A stretch of DNA of 64,000 bases from Balanoglossus misakiensis (lineage: Eukaryota; Animalia; Hemichordata), in the NCBI GenBank assembly GCA_040954595.2, contig CM082596.2, positions 3,028,656 to 3,092,655 on the forward strand, read 5' to 3'. The notes beneath the pieces were generated by a model. It made no database searches. It had not been told where the DNA came from and saw only the letters and a program-made list of their open reading frames with translations. This document shows, piece after piece, positions 21,337 through 37,937 of the stretch. Position numbers and translations under genes: made by a program. How positions within the stretch are numbered: position 1 is the first letter of the stretch; each line of letters starts with the position of its first letter.

Positions 21337-24300
21337 ATGGGGGACTGGGCGGAAAAGCAGCGCCTTAGAGAGGTACGTTAAGTCGGTGTCTTTTCTGTGC
21401 AAATTTTTTAATACAGGCAGCGGAAATCTTGGCCTTCTGTTTGCTTATTTAATTTTCATAATTCAGGCAATTGCAGGTAAATTCATTTAATAATTGATGT
21501 ACTACACTTACACAATAAAAGCGCTCGCGTTAATTATTTACTTGCGACTAATATCGCTCAGTTATGTTCGTTTATTGATCAGATCGACTGCAGCTGATAG
21601 TCATCGCGTATTTTAGGTGATCGGCAACGATCTTGTATTTTCACACATCAAAGAAATATTTTGCGAAAAAAATAAAAAATATAGGTCTGTACCCCCCCGT
21701 GGTTTGGTCGCAGCGATATGATCAAGTCCGACGACCTTGTGAACAAAATTAATTATTGAAGGAATGCATGCTTCACTGCGTACTTCGAAGATACCGTTAG
21801 ATAGAAACAATCGGCCTTGTTTGTCATGTTTGTGATTGTTTTGTTGTGTTTGTTTAACGTCAATGCGACATAAAGAGGGAATCTTTAAGAGGCGTGTTGA
21901 AAAACAAAACAAAACACGTAACACTCTAAGTCCAGTGACCGAAACTTCTTTCTGTAGAAGATCGCACATATCAATTAATCAAATGAAAACTTTTTGTTGT
22001 TATCCCCAGGAAATCATCGAGGCAGTAAAACTGGGCGACACCGCAAACGTCACTCGGTTATTAGATAATGGGGCTGATATAAACGAATGTGAGGTGAGTG
22101 TCGCGTTACAATTGTGAATGAAAGAATGGATGCGCATTATGGTCACTTGACCATCTTAGAGTTGCGCTTTTTCCTTGGAAGCAAGCGACAGTCGCTCTAC
22201 TATCTACGATGGTTTTCCAGATATGTTTCAAGTATATTCCAATTCAGTACATTAAATTCATTCGACATGTTTTTAAAGACAAGGGAAGTGCACAATTTTG
22301 CGTATCAAATCGCTTCTTGTAGCACCTATTGTGGGCATACACATTTTGCGGGCGTTTCTGGGAACGCTTTTTTCTTACCCTTTTTTCGATGTTTTTTTTC
22401 CTCGAAAAAATTACCAAAAGCTATGTATGTTAACTCCAATATATAAGGTGTTAAGGTGTAAGGCAACTATATCGAAAATGAACGTTCTATTATACTTGTA
22501 CATTCCTGATTTTATGTGGGCACTTTTTGTCTGATCTCCAGGGTGGATACCTCACGAAGAAAAATTTACTGATGATGGCAATCCAAAGAAAAGATACAGA
22601 CACAGCAGTTGTACTCATAAATCGGGGAATAGATCTATCATTTACAGTGACGGTAAGCCACTAGTACTTGGATGCTACGTTCGTGTGTGGGGTTCTAGGA
22701 GGAAAAGCATACAAGACGTTATGTATGTACTGTCCCATCAAAAGCTGGTCAAAGGCAAAAGGGCTGAATCATCAGATGGCGGCAACAGTGTTTTTTGTTA
22801 CCACCAGACAATGAGGGTATCCAAATATAACATGTTTGATCAGTACACAGGTGTTTATCATCATTTTGTCATTTGTTAAAGAACTGAGCATACCAGAGTA
22901 ACCAACAACGCGTTCAGATCTAAGATTTTAAGGACAGTTACTGGGGACTATTCATGAGCACTCTGCCAAATACATGTACAGAAATTTTCAATATTTGACT
23001 ATGGTAGACAAACACTTGCAACAGAAAGGTGCGGCTACAAACATTTCTATTTTCGTCGATACTTCAGCTGCACGTTTCTTCCGCAGGTTGATCAGGAAGA
23101 AAAGTCGGCGTTAGACATGGCGAGGGCGTTGGATCAAAACCTCATAACTGAACTTATAGAGAAGCAAATAGGGGCCAATCAGGTGAGTTTGTGGTGTTGA
23201 GAGATGCTACAGAAGAGCAGAAAAGTCTTCCGTCGTCACCCTTCATCAAACCAACAAACAGAGGACAACTCATCCTGTACCAGTAATTTTCTACAATTCA
23301 TACTGAATAAACATTTTAATGATTCTTTTGTTTTATTCATAGGACCTAATCCGCGCTGTAAAACTAGGAATAATAGATTTAGCCAATCGAGCGATCCAAG
23401 GTGGGGCGAACATTAACATTGTTGAAGATGTAAGTACTGGTCATGCATAGCATCAAAAGATCCGTGAAACCACCTCGACCTCCACAATTGTCACTTCCAT
23501 TAGTGTTAGGTTTAACCGCTGAAAATGATCTGTTGTACTCTTACAGGATGGTACTCAACATTGTGGCACGCTCCTCATGATAGCCATTTGCAACGAACAG
23601 AAAGAAATGGCTCGGTTTTTGATAAAACAAGGCGTTAACCTGGACTACGTGAACAAGGTAGGGTAATTAATAATAACAAACTTGCATGGTGAAGAGAGGT
23701 GATATGTTGTTAAATTTGAGTGTCACATGGGAAGGGGCAATTCAATGAAAGATGAAGGAAACTTGACCATCTCAAACAGTATTGATCTATGATGTACATT
23801 GGTAACATGTCCTTGTTTTTTCCCTAGTGGGAGGACCCAGCGTCCGGAGAACGCTTTGCAGACACGGCTAGGGATTATGCCATGAAAATGCATTACAACG
23901 ACATCGTGGAATTGATTGATGAAGAAAGGAGGAAAACAAAGGTATAGTAATTCTAGCATCAGTAATCATGTAGCCATCTTCTGTGACTGCTCTGTCGTCT
24001 GACTACAAGTCATTGAACAGTTGACAAGCAAGAAACTCTTTGTATCTTTTAGGAACGTCAAGCGCAAGTCAGCAATAACCACACAACAGAACAAAACAGC
24101 CATGTACCTAATACACAGAATTCAAACAAGGTAAGTGAATTCTGATGAATATGTGATGTCAGCGTTTTGTGTTGCATCCATAGCTGTCACACTTCTTGAA
24201 CTATGACAACATATTTTATGACCGCCACAAAACTACTGAATATGCATGCGCATATAACATATTGGAGATTGTTTTCTCTTTGAAAAAACAGCAGCAAACA

Positions 24301-24560
24301 AAACAGGCAAATGGTGATTTACAAGACGTTGAAGATTTCGAACAAGAGGTGAGTGAGAGAATTTTTTCACACTGTTCTTTGGGTCATGGCGAGTACCCCC
24401 AACTGCTTGAGTGTGTGTTTTAATACTGAAATGTTATGTGTGTTTACAATCATTTGTGGCTCATTTTCAGGAGACAACAATTCAAGAAGCAAACAAACAA
24501 GACACAGGGAATAAGAGAAGACACAAAGCACCGGCGAGTGGTAGTTGTGTTATTTTCTGA
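21337..24560 (+). CDS. Ankyrin-repeat protein (~287 aa) with a C-terminal polybasic region and CaaX motif (CVIF)
   Basis: Ten phase-0 exons with GT/AG ends: 21337-21372, 22010-22093, 22542-22652, 23087-23182, 23343-23429, 23547-23657, 23828-23941, 24053-24130, 24292-24348, 24471-24560. Ankyrin motifs include AVKLGDTANVTRLLDNGADIN and TLLMIAICNEQKEMARFLIKQGVNLD. The protein ends ...NKRRHKAPASGSCVIF*. Confidence 0.88.
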
Positions 24561-26950
24561 TAGCCACCACTAGAGGACAGTGTCTGCCACCACACTTCCT
24601 TATTCTTTTGTTTTTTTCTCTCCTGTGAGCATCTGGACCATTCCAAGACGTCTTGTCTTTAAAGTGTTTACTTTAAGTAATTCTGTAAGTGTCTTTGCGA
24701 GAAAAACTAGCTGTATCATTCGTCTGACGAAGCAGAAGAAATGGTACTGCAGCAGGTTTTTTTCACCACAATTGGCACTGAGAGGAGCTTGTTTATTTTC
24801 TTGGAAATGTCCGGATTTGACACAACTCCAACAGTTAATTAACTCATAAAACAAAGGTATTGATGCGTAGGGTTTTCGATGGGCATAATCCCTTCACGTG
24901 CATATACCAAGACTTTTGACTGTGCCTGCGCTAAAATACCAGCTGAAGCAATAAAATAGCATGTGTGTATGAAAAACACTGCCTTAATTTGTACATGCAT
25001 ACGTTTTATGTGAATCATCTAAAGAAACCGTCCTCCCACTGGTAACCACTGTTGTTTTTTTTATACTTTACTATTATGAGTTTATCATGGAGTTGAACAC
25101 TTCATATGTTGGCTTTAAAACAGGAATTGGCTTTTTTTTTAAAGTCAGATATTGTCTGGTTTTTTGTGCTACAACTTGGCTTTAAGCAATCTGATATGAA
25201 CATATTTTATGTTAAGTTTATCTCGTCGCACTTTTCACATTTTGTTTGAAATGTAGTCTTTTATTAAACTCCGGTATTCTGTGCCATGTTGATTGTCAGC
25301 ATTACAGTCAAAAGATTGATATATTTATGCATTTTCATGCAAGTCTGTTACTATGCAAAGAATAGGGCGTGAACCCAAAAGCTTAGAGGCTCAGTAGAGA
25401 TATTAAAGTCATTTACAAAGGCACACAAAAACTGTTGCATGCCAGATGCCATCTATGACACCAAAAACGAAAATAATTTTGAATAATTTTTGGTATGGTC
25501 ATCCCCAGCATCTCTCTCCTTTGCTATTAAAGATGAGGGAAGAGGAGATGATTGTTTTGTTTCCCATGGTTACGTTTCCTTCTACTAGGAAGATGATACC
25601 CACTGCACTGTAATTGTACAATGCAATGTACACGGCAGCAATTTTGACAAACTATTTGCGTTTGCATTCTGTGAGAGAAAGCTTTTTTTCTCTGTTGTAC
25701 AGCTCATTAAACATTTAAATTAGTAGATACAAAGCTATGCAAATCTGTTGTGTTGGTGTTTTTCTTGTGTGTATTAGTACATGCACTACAAGCATGTGGA
25801 AAACCCACTTCTACTATCATGAACTTTTGCAGACAGCTGAATCGCCCCTTTGTAATAAAACAAGCATCCATCAGTCTTCTCTATGGCATCATGCTTTTGC
25901 AAGGAACACCTACCTTTGGAATCACCTTTCTTCCAGCTCAATGAACATAGGAAAGACTTTCACACACACACACACATACACACACCATATCCATGCCTTT
26001 GCAGCAACATTCAACCTTCAAAAACCAGAGGAAATTGCCTACCTTCACACACTCTCTCTCTCTCTATCTGCTGGAGCTTGTGGTGGTCTTCAAACATTCA
26101 CAACCAATGGGCCAAATATCGTACAGCTTGGTTCTTAGTATTTCTGTAGGACGTGGAGACCTGTTGATTGGTTGATATGGGTACAATAAGGGGCAAGAAT
26201 AGATCTACAAATATTGAGATGACTTTTGATTTGCTCTACTGTCTCAACATTTGATATCGATATTCTGTACAGGCTCTGTCTGCGACTGCAGGTTATATTC
26301 ATAAGCTGGGAAACTTGGTCAAAAGATAAACTGTTTCTAAAGTAAGGACTGGAGTTACTTGCCAAGCAAGCATTTTGCAAGTTTGTCACCTATTCTATAC
26401 AGGAAGATTGGCATATCAGAGATGACGAAGAGACTAGACAATATACAGCTCCATACACTCAACTGACTTGTGTGGTATGAAGCTGAATTTTCAACTAGTC
26501 ATTTTTATATCCACAACATGGGGAATGGCTCCCCGCACACACACACACACACACACGCGAAACTGACTCCAACAATTGACGACAGATCATTTCCAACTAT
26601 GATGATGGTACATGTAAAAGCTAACTTTTTATTACATAGAACTGAAACACATTGATGAGTACATCACAAGGTACCCACTTTCCCAAGTAAATACACAAAG
26701 CCAACATTTTTATTCAAAGTTGAAATATGTGACAATCCTGAGGTTGTCTAAAACACATCAAACATCAGTTCTTATTTCATCAGTCGATGAAACCAAGCAA
26801 ACATTGAATTGTGTAAGCCAAATTGTCCCAGAAATATTTATTGTTCCTGTACACAAAAATCTGCTGTGATTTAACAGCAGTGAGATTACTACAAGTAAAG
26901 TATGACTCCCTTTTTCTCGGAAGTGTGGTAAATCCAAAAGTTTGACAATA

Positions 26951-30903
<3,953 letters not shown>

Positions 30904-31700
30904 GTCTGTTATTGCCGAATTGCCCCACATCAAAGCTGCGACATCGCGAACGGTTGATCACTTGATAAACAGATGTAATTCCTCGCCACTGTTTTGTCTT
31001 TCAGTTGTTTGTTGATCTGCACGTTATTCTTTGTTTTCTGACACCATCTAAAACAGTTCGCGACCTGACATGACACTAGAAAATGACAAATCAGCTGGTC
31101 CCAAATTTATCATAACAGTGCAACTCCCCTTCCGCCTTCACCAGCCTCGTTTTCGACAAACTCACTGTTTGTCGGCAAATATTACAAATCACTTGGTAAA
31201 AAGTGAAAACATTAGCAAAATGACTCAAAAATATTATTTGACACGTACAGATAGTGTTCGGTATTGTATTTAGGTTCTTAATGGAGACAGCTGTGCCAAT
31301 ACAAGACTGGATTTCAAGGGCTTTCACTTTTGCGACAAGTCGTAAAAGGTTCGCCCTGCGTATAATTATTTAGTTGTGCCCATGACATTTTCCAAGGCAA
31401 CTGAACTAATGTTTTATGTTTCTTGTGAGGACCTTTGTTACAAAGGGTGAGTACAACGCTCTGCGTATATCACGTTGCTGTTCTCTTCTTTTATGTCTTT
31501 TTCGGAGACCGAGATCTGGTGGCGAAATTTTGCGTAAGTACTCGATAAAGTGTCGTGTTGTCAGGAAGGTCAAACCCACGTGCGAAGCCGGCCGGGTGTA
31601 CGCGTCTGCGTCGCGCCGGAGACGCTACGCTGCACCTCGCAAACGGGATATGTTTGTCGGTCCGCTTTTATGTAAACAACGAGTCTGCCCTCCGTGACTT
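30904..31700. promoter_or_regulatory. CpG-rich bidirectional promoter region shared by BECN1 (-) and guanylate kinase (+)
   Basis: Local CpG enrichment between CpG-poor gene bodies, the BECN1 ATG on the left, and a plus-strand first-exon donor (GC|GTAAGT at 31533/31534) on the right. Confidence 0.6.
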
Positions 31701-33977
31701 TGTTACCATTGGTTAAAATCACACCTAGTGACAAATGTGAATGTTGATGTGCGTGAACTGTTATATAACAGTTATGTGTACATTTCACAAACCGTTTGTG
31801 AAATCGATTACTGATGCAATCGTGGTATATTACTCATAATTCCCCCCATATTTACATAACGGCACGTTAATGAGATTACGTAACTAATATGTTAGTTTGT
31901 TACCACGTCTGGACTGGTATCGTTACTGACAACACAACGTGATTGTTCTCCGCAGTTGCTGCATTGATCTCAGCCTACATGTATTTGTCATGTGGTCTCT
32001 ATTAGTTTTTATGTGACACTTTGTGTTTATTTATATTTACCAGTCTCTCATTGATTACAAGGCTATCCATAAAAGCCATATTTGATGTGTATCTACCCGG
32101 AAATGCTAGCTTTGTATTTAAAAATTAATCAGAATGAATCTAGCTAGCTGTCCTGTATTTCTTGGATCTGATTTCATGTCAAGGCAATACAGAATAAATT
32201 TGAAGAGAGTGTGATATATACGTATTTGCTAACTACAAAAACATAAGTGAAGAAAAAGGACAATTTATAATATCCATCAAAGCAGTCTGTGTCAGTCAAC
32301 CACCTTCTTAGGATTTGGGAAGTGTGGTGAAGTGAAGTACATTACACACATCCGTAATTGTGATGTGCTTGGAATAGCAATTTCACATTCCGGGCAGTCG
32401 AGCTCCCCAGAGTATGAAATTGCTATGCCAAGCAGTACTTTCATTCTGTAAACAGGCTGTAGAAAGACTGATTTTCTGAGAGACTTTTAGAAAATGAAGA
32501 GGCACTGAGACATAATGAGTTCGTCCTGTCTTCCTCTTTGGAAGAAGTAGAGGACATAGGAAAAGATGGAGCACATCTTCAAGTCTGAATTGAATCATAA
32601 TTGTGACTGATCATTCTCCAGATTTGTCCTTGGTCAAATGATTATCCAATAAAGATGCTTTTGCGAACATCTTCGTTCATTACAAATTCAATGGAATGGT
32701 CACATGATGCCAGTAACATTCAGCTCATCACTCAGTGTACGTGCATTCTACCTGGATGCAAAATTAGCATCATTTCCTAATCTCAGTGTGCTTTCTATCC
32801 TATTAGAATGGAAAGAATGGCACTGCATGCAGTGGAATTCTCGGTTGGATATCTCAATTTTCTCAAAGGCCAGTGACTCCACTTTGGGTGCAAAACTCAT
32901 TTAATCATTAATGACCTTCAAATCCTGTCACCCCTCTCTTAATTTGAACATCCTGAAAGGCATATACCTCCCCAGAAGTGGAACGTTCCAAATCAATACA
33001 TTTATTAATCCCCCCAAGTGGGCACAGCTTGTGCATTGATTTGATTGTGAGAATCAGTAACATTTTGTTCATACGTGTAATAAATGTTGCTGGGCATACC
33101 ATTGAAATCAGTCCATTATTGGTGAACTGATACTGCCATAATCAGAACTGCAACTCTCTAAATATTGATTGAAGCATAATTCACTGAGTGAGTATTTTAT
33201 ATTTTCGTTAAGAACTTTAAATACTTTTTGTTTCTCAATTTATTCGTGGTATGTTTTGAAATTATCGTATGTAACTGGATGTTAATAGTTTTCGTGTAAG
33301 TTGAAAAAAATGGTGAAATTCAACAAGAGTTAGTGAAACATAATCTTATTGAGTGTCAGATAAAATTTATCTCTGCTGTGAAATCGACTCAGTGTCACTT
33401 TTCAAGGTATGTTTCCTGGGGTTCTTACACGTCATACTATTCTAACATTCCAACATGATAGTGATATCACCATAGAACGTATCATAAATACAACGATTGC
33501 AGAGAATAGGTATTAAATTGCCAAGTCCCTGTACCGGACTAACACTCACATTTCCAGATCTTTCTCAGCATGATGTTATTGGCAATTGTACGAGTGAAAT
33601 CTAATTCATTAGATGCTAGCATACTACACATTTGTACCCATGATTAAATTTAGTGTCGTGTCACACACATGCCGGGACACTGCACATATGAGTTAATCTA
33701 CTCTGAACATTTAAGGTTGAACAGCTGTACTCAGTTTAAGGACTTGGTTCAAAGGTTGGGTTGTATCAATCATTCTGAGGTCAGCAGGAGATACTAGTTG
33801 TCAAGACCACAATTCTCTGTGAGCATATGTTGAACGATGTATGTAGAATATACATGCTGTTTTGCAAGATTGATTGCAATAAAAAGTGTATATTATATTT
33901 ATAGTTAATAATAATTTCAGATAGATATAACATTATTGTTACTGTTTTGTATTGCAGTCTATACTCGTGTCCTAGCC

Positions 33978-35757
33978 ATGGCTGAGTTCGCACCACGTCC
34001 AATTGTAATCAGTGGCCCATCAGGGACTGGCAAAAGTACACTTATTAAAAAACTCATGGATGAGTACAGAGAATTTTTTGGATTCTCCATCAGTCGTAAG
34101 TAACCGAAATTTATCCCGTCTAAAAAATACTTGTGAATGAATTGAAGATTGTGTTGTCAAGCGATTTGCAATAAACGGTAATTTGCGAGAATACAGCCTA
34201 GCTATAATTATATTTGGATCTTTTCAAACCGTTTCAGGTCTGTTACCCATGATGACTTCACTAATGATGAAACCCTGGAGTGTGTCTTTGTTCAACATCT
34301 AATCATTTCCCCCAGTGATGATTGACTTTATTTTCTGGTCGCTAAGCAACTCTATAGGCATCTCACATCATTAGGTGTTTCCTTTTATCCTGTGTGTCCA
34401 ATTAGTTTGCCCAGTGATAATAAGGGATGAATTATGAAATATTGCAAAACAGGATTTGTTCAGAATGTATATAATTTACTTTAGTGTTTGTCTCACAGAT
34501 ACCACAAGAAAACCCCGTCCTGGCGAAGAGGATGGAAAAGGTATGATTCTAATCACTTCTCGATGAAGTCTACCATAGTTATTGCCTAAAGAACTGCCCA
34601 TGTATTACTATTGCATGCCGAGAACCAGTCAATAGATGTACACTGTTACACTGCAGATATGCATGTGTAATGCTAAGGTTTATTTCTGTCATATCAGATT
34701 ACCATTTTACAACCCGAGGTGAAATGGAAGCTGCAATTGAAAGAGGCGAGTTTGTAGAAACAGCTGAATACTCAGGGAACCTCTACGGCACTAGGTGAGT
34801 TGAGCGTGGTTCCAACTTGCCAAAAGGCAGCCATATCATGAAAGGCAGCCATGTTGTAGAAGGCGGCCGTTATCAACTTTTGAACACATATAAATGTTGT
34901 TTTGGAGAATGAAGAGTATTATAATATTAACATCATGATGAAAGAGGAAATGGGAAGAAGGTCTTTATTTTGGATTTTGTCTTTCAGTAAAAAAGCTGTT
35001 GAAGATGTCCTCAGGCAGAAGAAGATTTGCATACTTGATATTGATATGCAAGGAGTCAAAAGCGTCAGACAGACAAACTTGAAACCCCGTTATATATTTA
35101 TTAGGCCACCAGATATGAAAGCATTGGTAAGTCGAGATGTACAAATGTTAACCATTGATCACTAGATTTGAACACTTTAACTCGTAAATACAGTTTGCTG
35201 ACTGTATTCCCTTGTTTTTGATTTGCAGGAAGACAGATTGAAAGGCCGTGAGACTGAAACAGATGAAACACTACAGAGGCGGCTACTTTCAGCAATTGAT
35301 GAACTAGAGTATGGTAGGTAGAGAGAGCTAGGTGTTGACTAGTTGGAACGCACCAAATCCATGATTTGGAGTTCCTTGGGTCCATCAAACAAACATCTTG
35401 CTTTTGGAAAATGAGCAAGAGTGTATTGTCAAAATTGTGAATACTATAGTAGAACATTCTCAGTTGGATTCAACCTTGGCAGCTAGCTGGTTTTATCGGC
35501 CATTGTGTACAAAGATGCCCTGACTTCTGGGCGACTGCTGTGTTGATGCCACAGCACAATACAGTTCTTTCAGAAAAAACTGTCATTACTTTCATTTGTT
35601 TCTTAATTCATGTCTTTTTTGTTTTTCAGGGAAAAAAACTGGTGCTTATGATGTCACTATAATCAATGATGATTTAGAGGTAGCTTACGAAGAACTGAAA
35701 GGTTTTCTCAGTCGTGACATTGCTGAACTAAAAAAAGAGAAGTACAAGAAGCATTAA
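33978..35757 (+). CDS. GUK1: Guanylate kinase
   Basis: Six exons (33978-34095, 34499-34540, 34698-34794, 34988-35126, 35229-35313, 35630-35757). Motifs: [16 protein letters not shown]-loop, [52 protein letters not shown]. Confidence 0.96.
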
Positions 35758-37638
35758 CGCTGGTTGGAAAATAAACAACAACTGAGGAAAAGATGCAGAC
35801 ATACAATGTACAGCCAAATTTAACGCAGCCTGACAAACTTCCATGTTCTACCACGGTCACTCTGTGGTTCTACTAATCATGCCACTGACTTAGTATTTCC
35901 TGTTGTGAATTTCAAGTCTTTTCTGTTGTGAATTATAGTCATGAACGATTATGAATAGCAATTTATTATGTTCTGGATAGAGGCTCGTGTCAACACTATT
36001 GCCAGAATGCTGTATCTCTTTCTTAGTCGTGTGCTATGTATCTTTAACCCTTTCCTTGTTATGGTTTGGTCCAAACCCATTGATTTCTGGATAAAGGTGG
36101 ACCTGTGTACAAGGTAATAGAGGTGAAATGTTCATCCATGTTTTTCGGGGAGGAGAAATGATATCTTCATCTTATTTTTTCTTAATTTATCATTCCCATG
36201 TGCATATTCATGTTTTAATGATTTATGGACTTTTTCATGTTTATTTTACATTAATACAGAGTTTATAAAACGGCAATATCTGGTATCATTTATTTCAGAA
36301 GTATTTTTTTTATATTCTTATACGGAAACTTACAAAAATTGGTTACATCTGCATTTTGTAAAGGAATAGAAATATAGATTATCAGTGAGTTTGTTTAAAT
36401 TTTAAAAATGGTATCAAGTGTATGGTATACGGTATCAGTAATGGCAATTTTGTTCATGGTTATTTTTGTCTGTTATCTCATTTTGCTACTTCAAGTAATA
36501 TTTGAATAATTTTCCTACTTATTTATCTCTCAATAATTCAAAAACAAAAAGACAAAGAAACTTTTCCCAAAAGCCAAAATCCTTAAGCATTTTTAAGTGA
36601 GTTTTTGTTTGGCACTTTTTCTTTGTACTTAAGTATTCCATTTCCATCCTATTACCTTGTATTTACTCTAAGCTAGTCGGCAGGTCTTTACATTGTACAA
36701 CTTACATCCAATCTGTCTAAAACTTGGACTTGAATGAAGATAATCTGACTGTATTGCACTACTTCCAAAATGCAACAGATAAATCTATTGTACTACAGTG
36801 AAGATTTATGGCTGATATTTAATAATTTAATGGAGAACAAAGCAGCTGAATGGTTTTAATTTTATTATTTTCGGTGGTATCATTTCAAGTGTCAAACTGT
36901 ACCTCAGGGGAGATGTTTGTGTCAAAAGGGATGGTCACTTTTTGGAGTGTCAAGGGATCAAAAGTTATACTCGCAATCAGTCAATCTTCCTATGAACTGT
37001 GCAGGAGTCCATAAATATGCAGCAGACTATTAAATTATTGGGAGAACAAACAAAACATTATTTGCAGAAAAATTTATGCATAGACAACCATCTGTATTTT
37101 CATTGCAATATTGTGCAGCAATGTCATGTGTAGGTTTTCTATTTCGATCAACTTTTCAAATGCATTGAAATTCTGAGAGTGTAAAGCCACAGTCTAAGAC
37201 CACACGCCATGCAGTTATCATTTTTGAGGTTTGACTTTGTGTACACCAAACTAGTATATCCCCTGTTTATAGAATATCAGAGATGTAAATTTTGTTTTGC
37301 TTTGTACTGAGTTTGTGCAAGGCCACAGGTGCTCATAGACCCTTAACCAGAGAAATAATAAAATTTAAAACACATCACAGTTTTGTTGTCTTTCTATTAA
37401 TTAAAAGGTCATCATGAAGATGACACTGAATCATAGCAACATTGGTCAGATGTCAAGGTAATAATGGGGGGGGGGGGGGGGAGACCTACTCATGTTCCAA
37501 TTAGCGCCACCACTCGACAACACATAAAATCCTATCTGCTTTCGTTTTTTGCCATGAATGACCCCTGACCTCTCCATGTGTAGACAACACACTGCACCGG
37601 TAAGTTACATATGAGTTAACAATTCAAGATGTTCTCAA

Positions 37639-37660
37639 CCAATCAGAAACTATAAATAAG
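37639..37660 (+). promoter_or_regulatory. Candidate CCAAT and TATA core promoter of the oligopeptidase gene
   Basis: CCAATCAGAAACTATAAATAAG about 290 nt upstream of the proposed ATG. Confidence 0.35.
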
Positions 37661-37937
37661 TGGAACACCTGAGACCTTGACAATAAGTGGTCAAACTCAA
37701 ACCTTCCACTTGCCTTCAACACAGCATTGATCACAGTGATGTTATATTTCCTGAAATCGATTACATCACATTGCTTTGCTACTAAATCAACTACTTATAA
37801 AGTAGGATTTTGAATGTTGGCCCATTATGTTTTATGATTATCTAAGGTTTGACTGCATATCTTTTAAGTTTTTATGTACATTTCAGGATGAAGTGAGCAA
37901 GCATAGATTCTGATTCCAACCTTGATAATATTGAACC

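Noticed and set aside
21337-21357. N-terminal MG of the ankyrin protein as a myristoylation site
   Set aside because: Asp at position 3 and no Ser/Thr at position 6 disfavour N-myristoylation.
34245-34380. Several RTGATGA box-C-like motifs in a GUK1 intron (possible snoRNA)
   Set aside because: No suitably placed box D (CTGA) or terminal stem was found.
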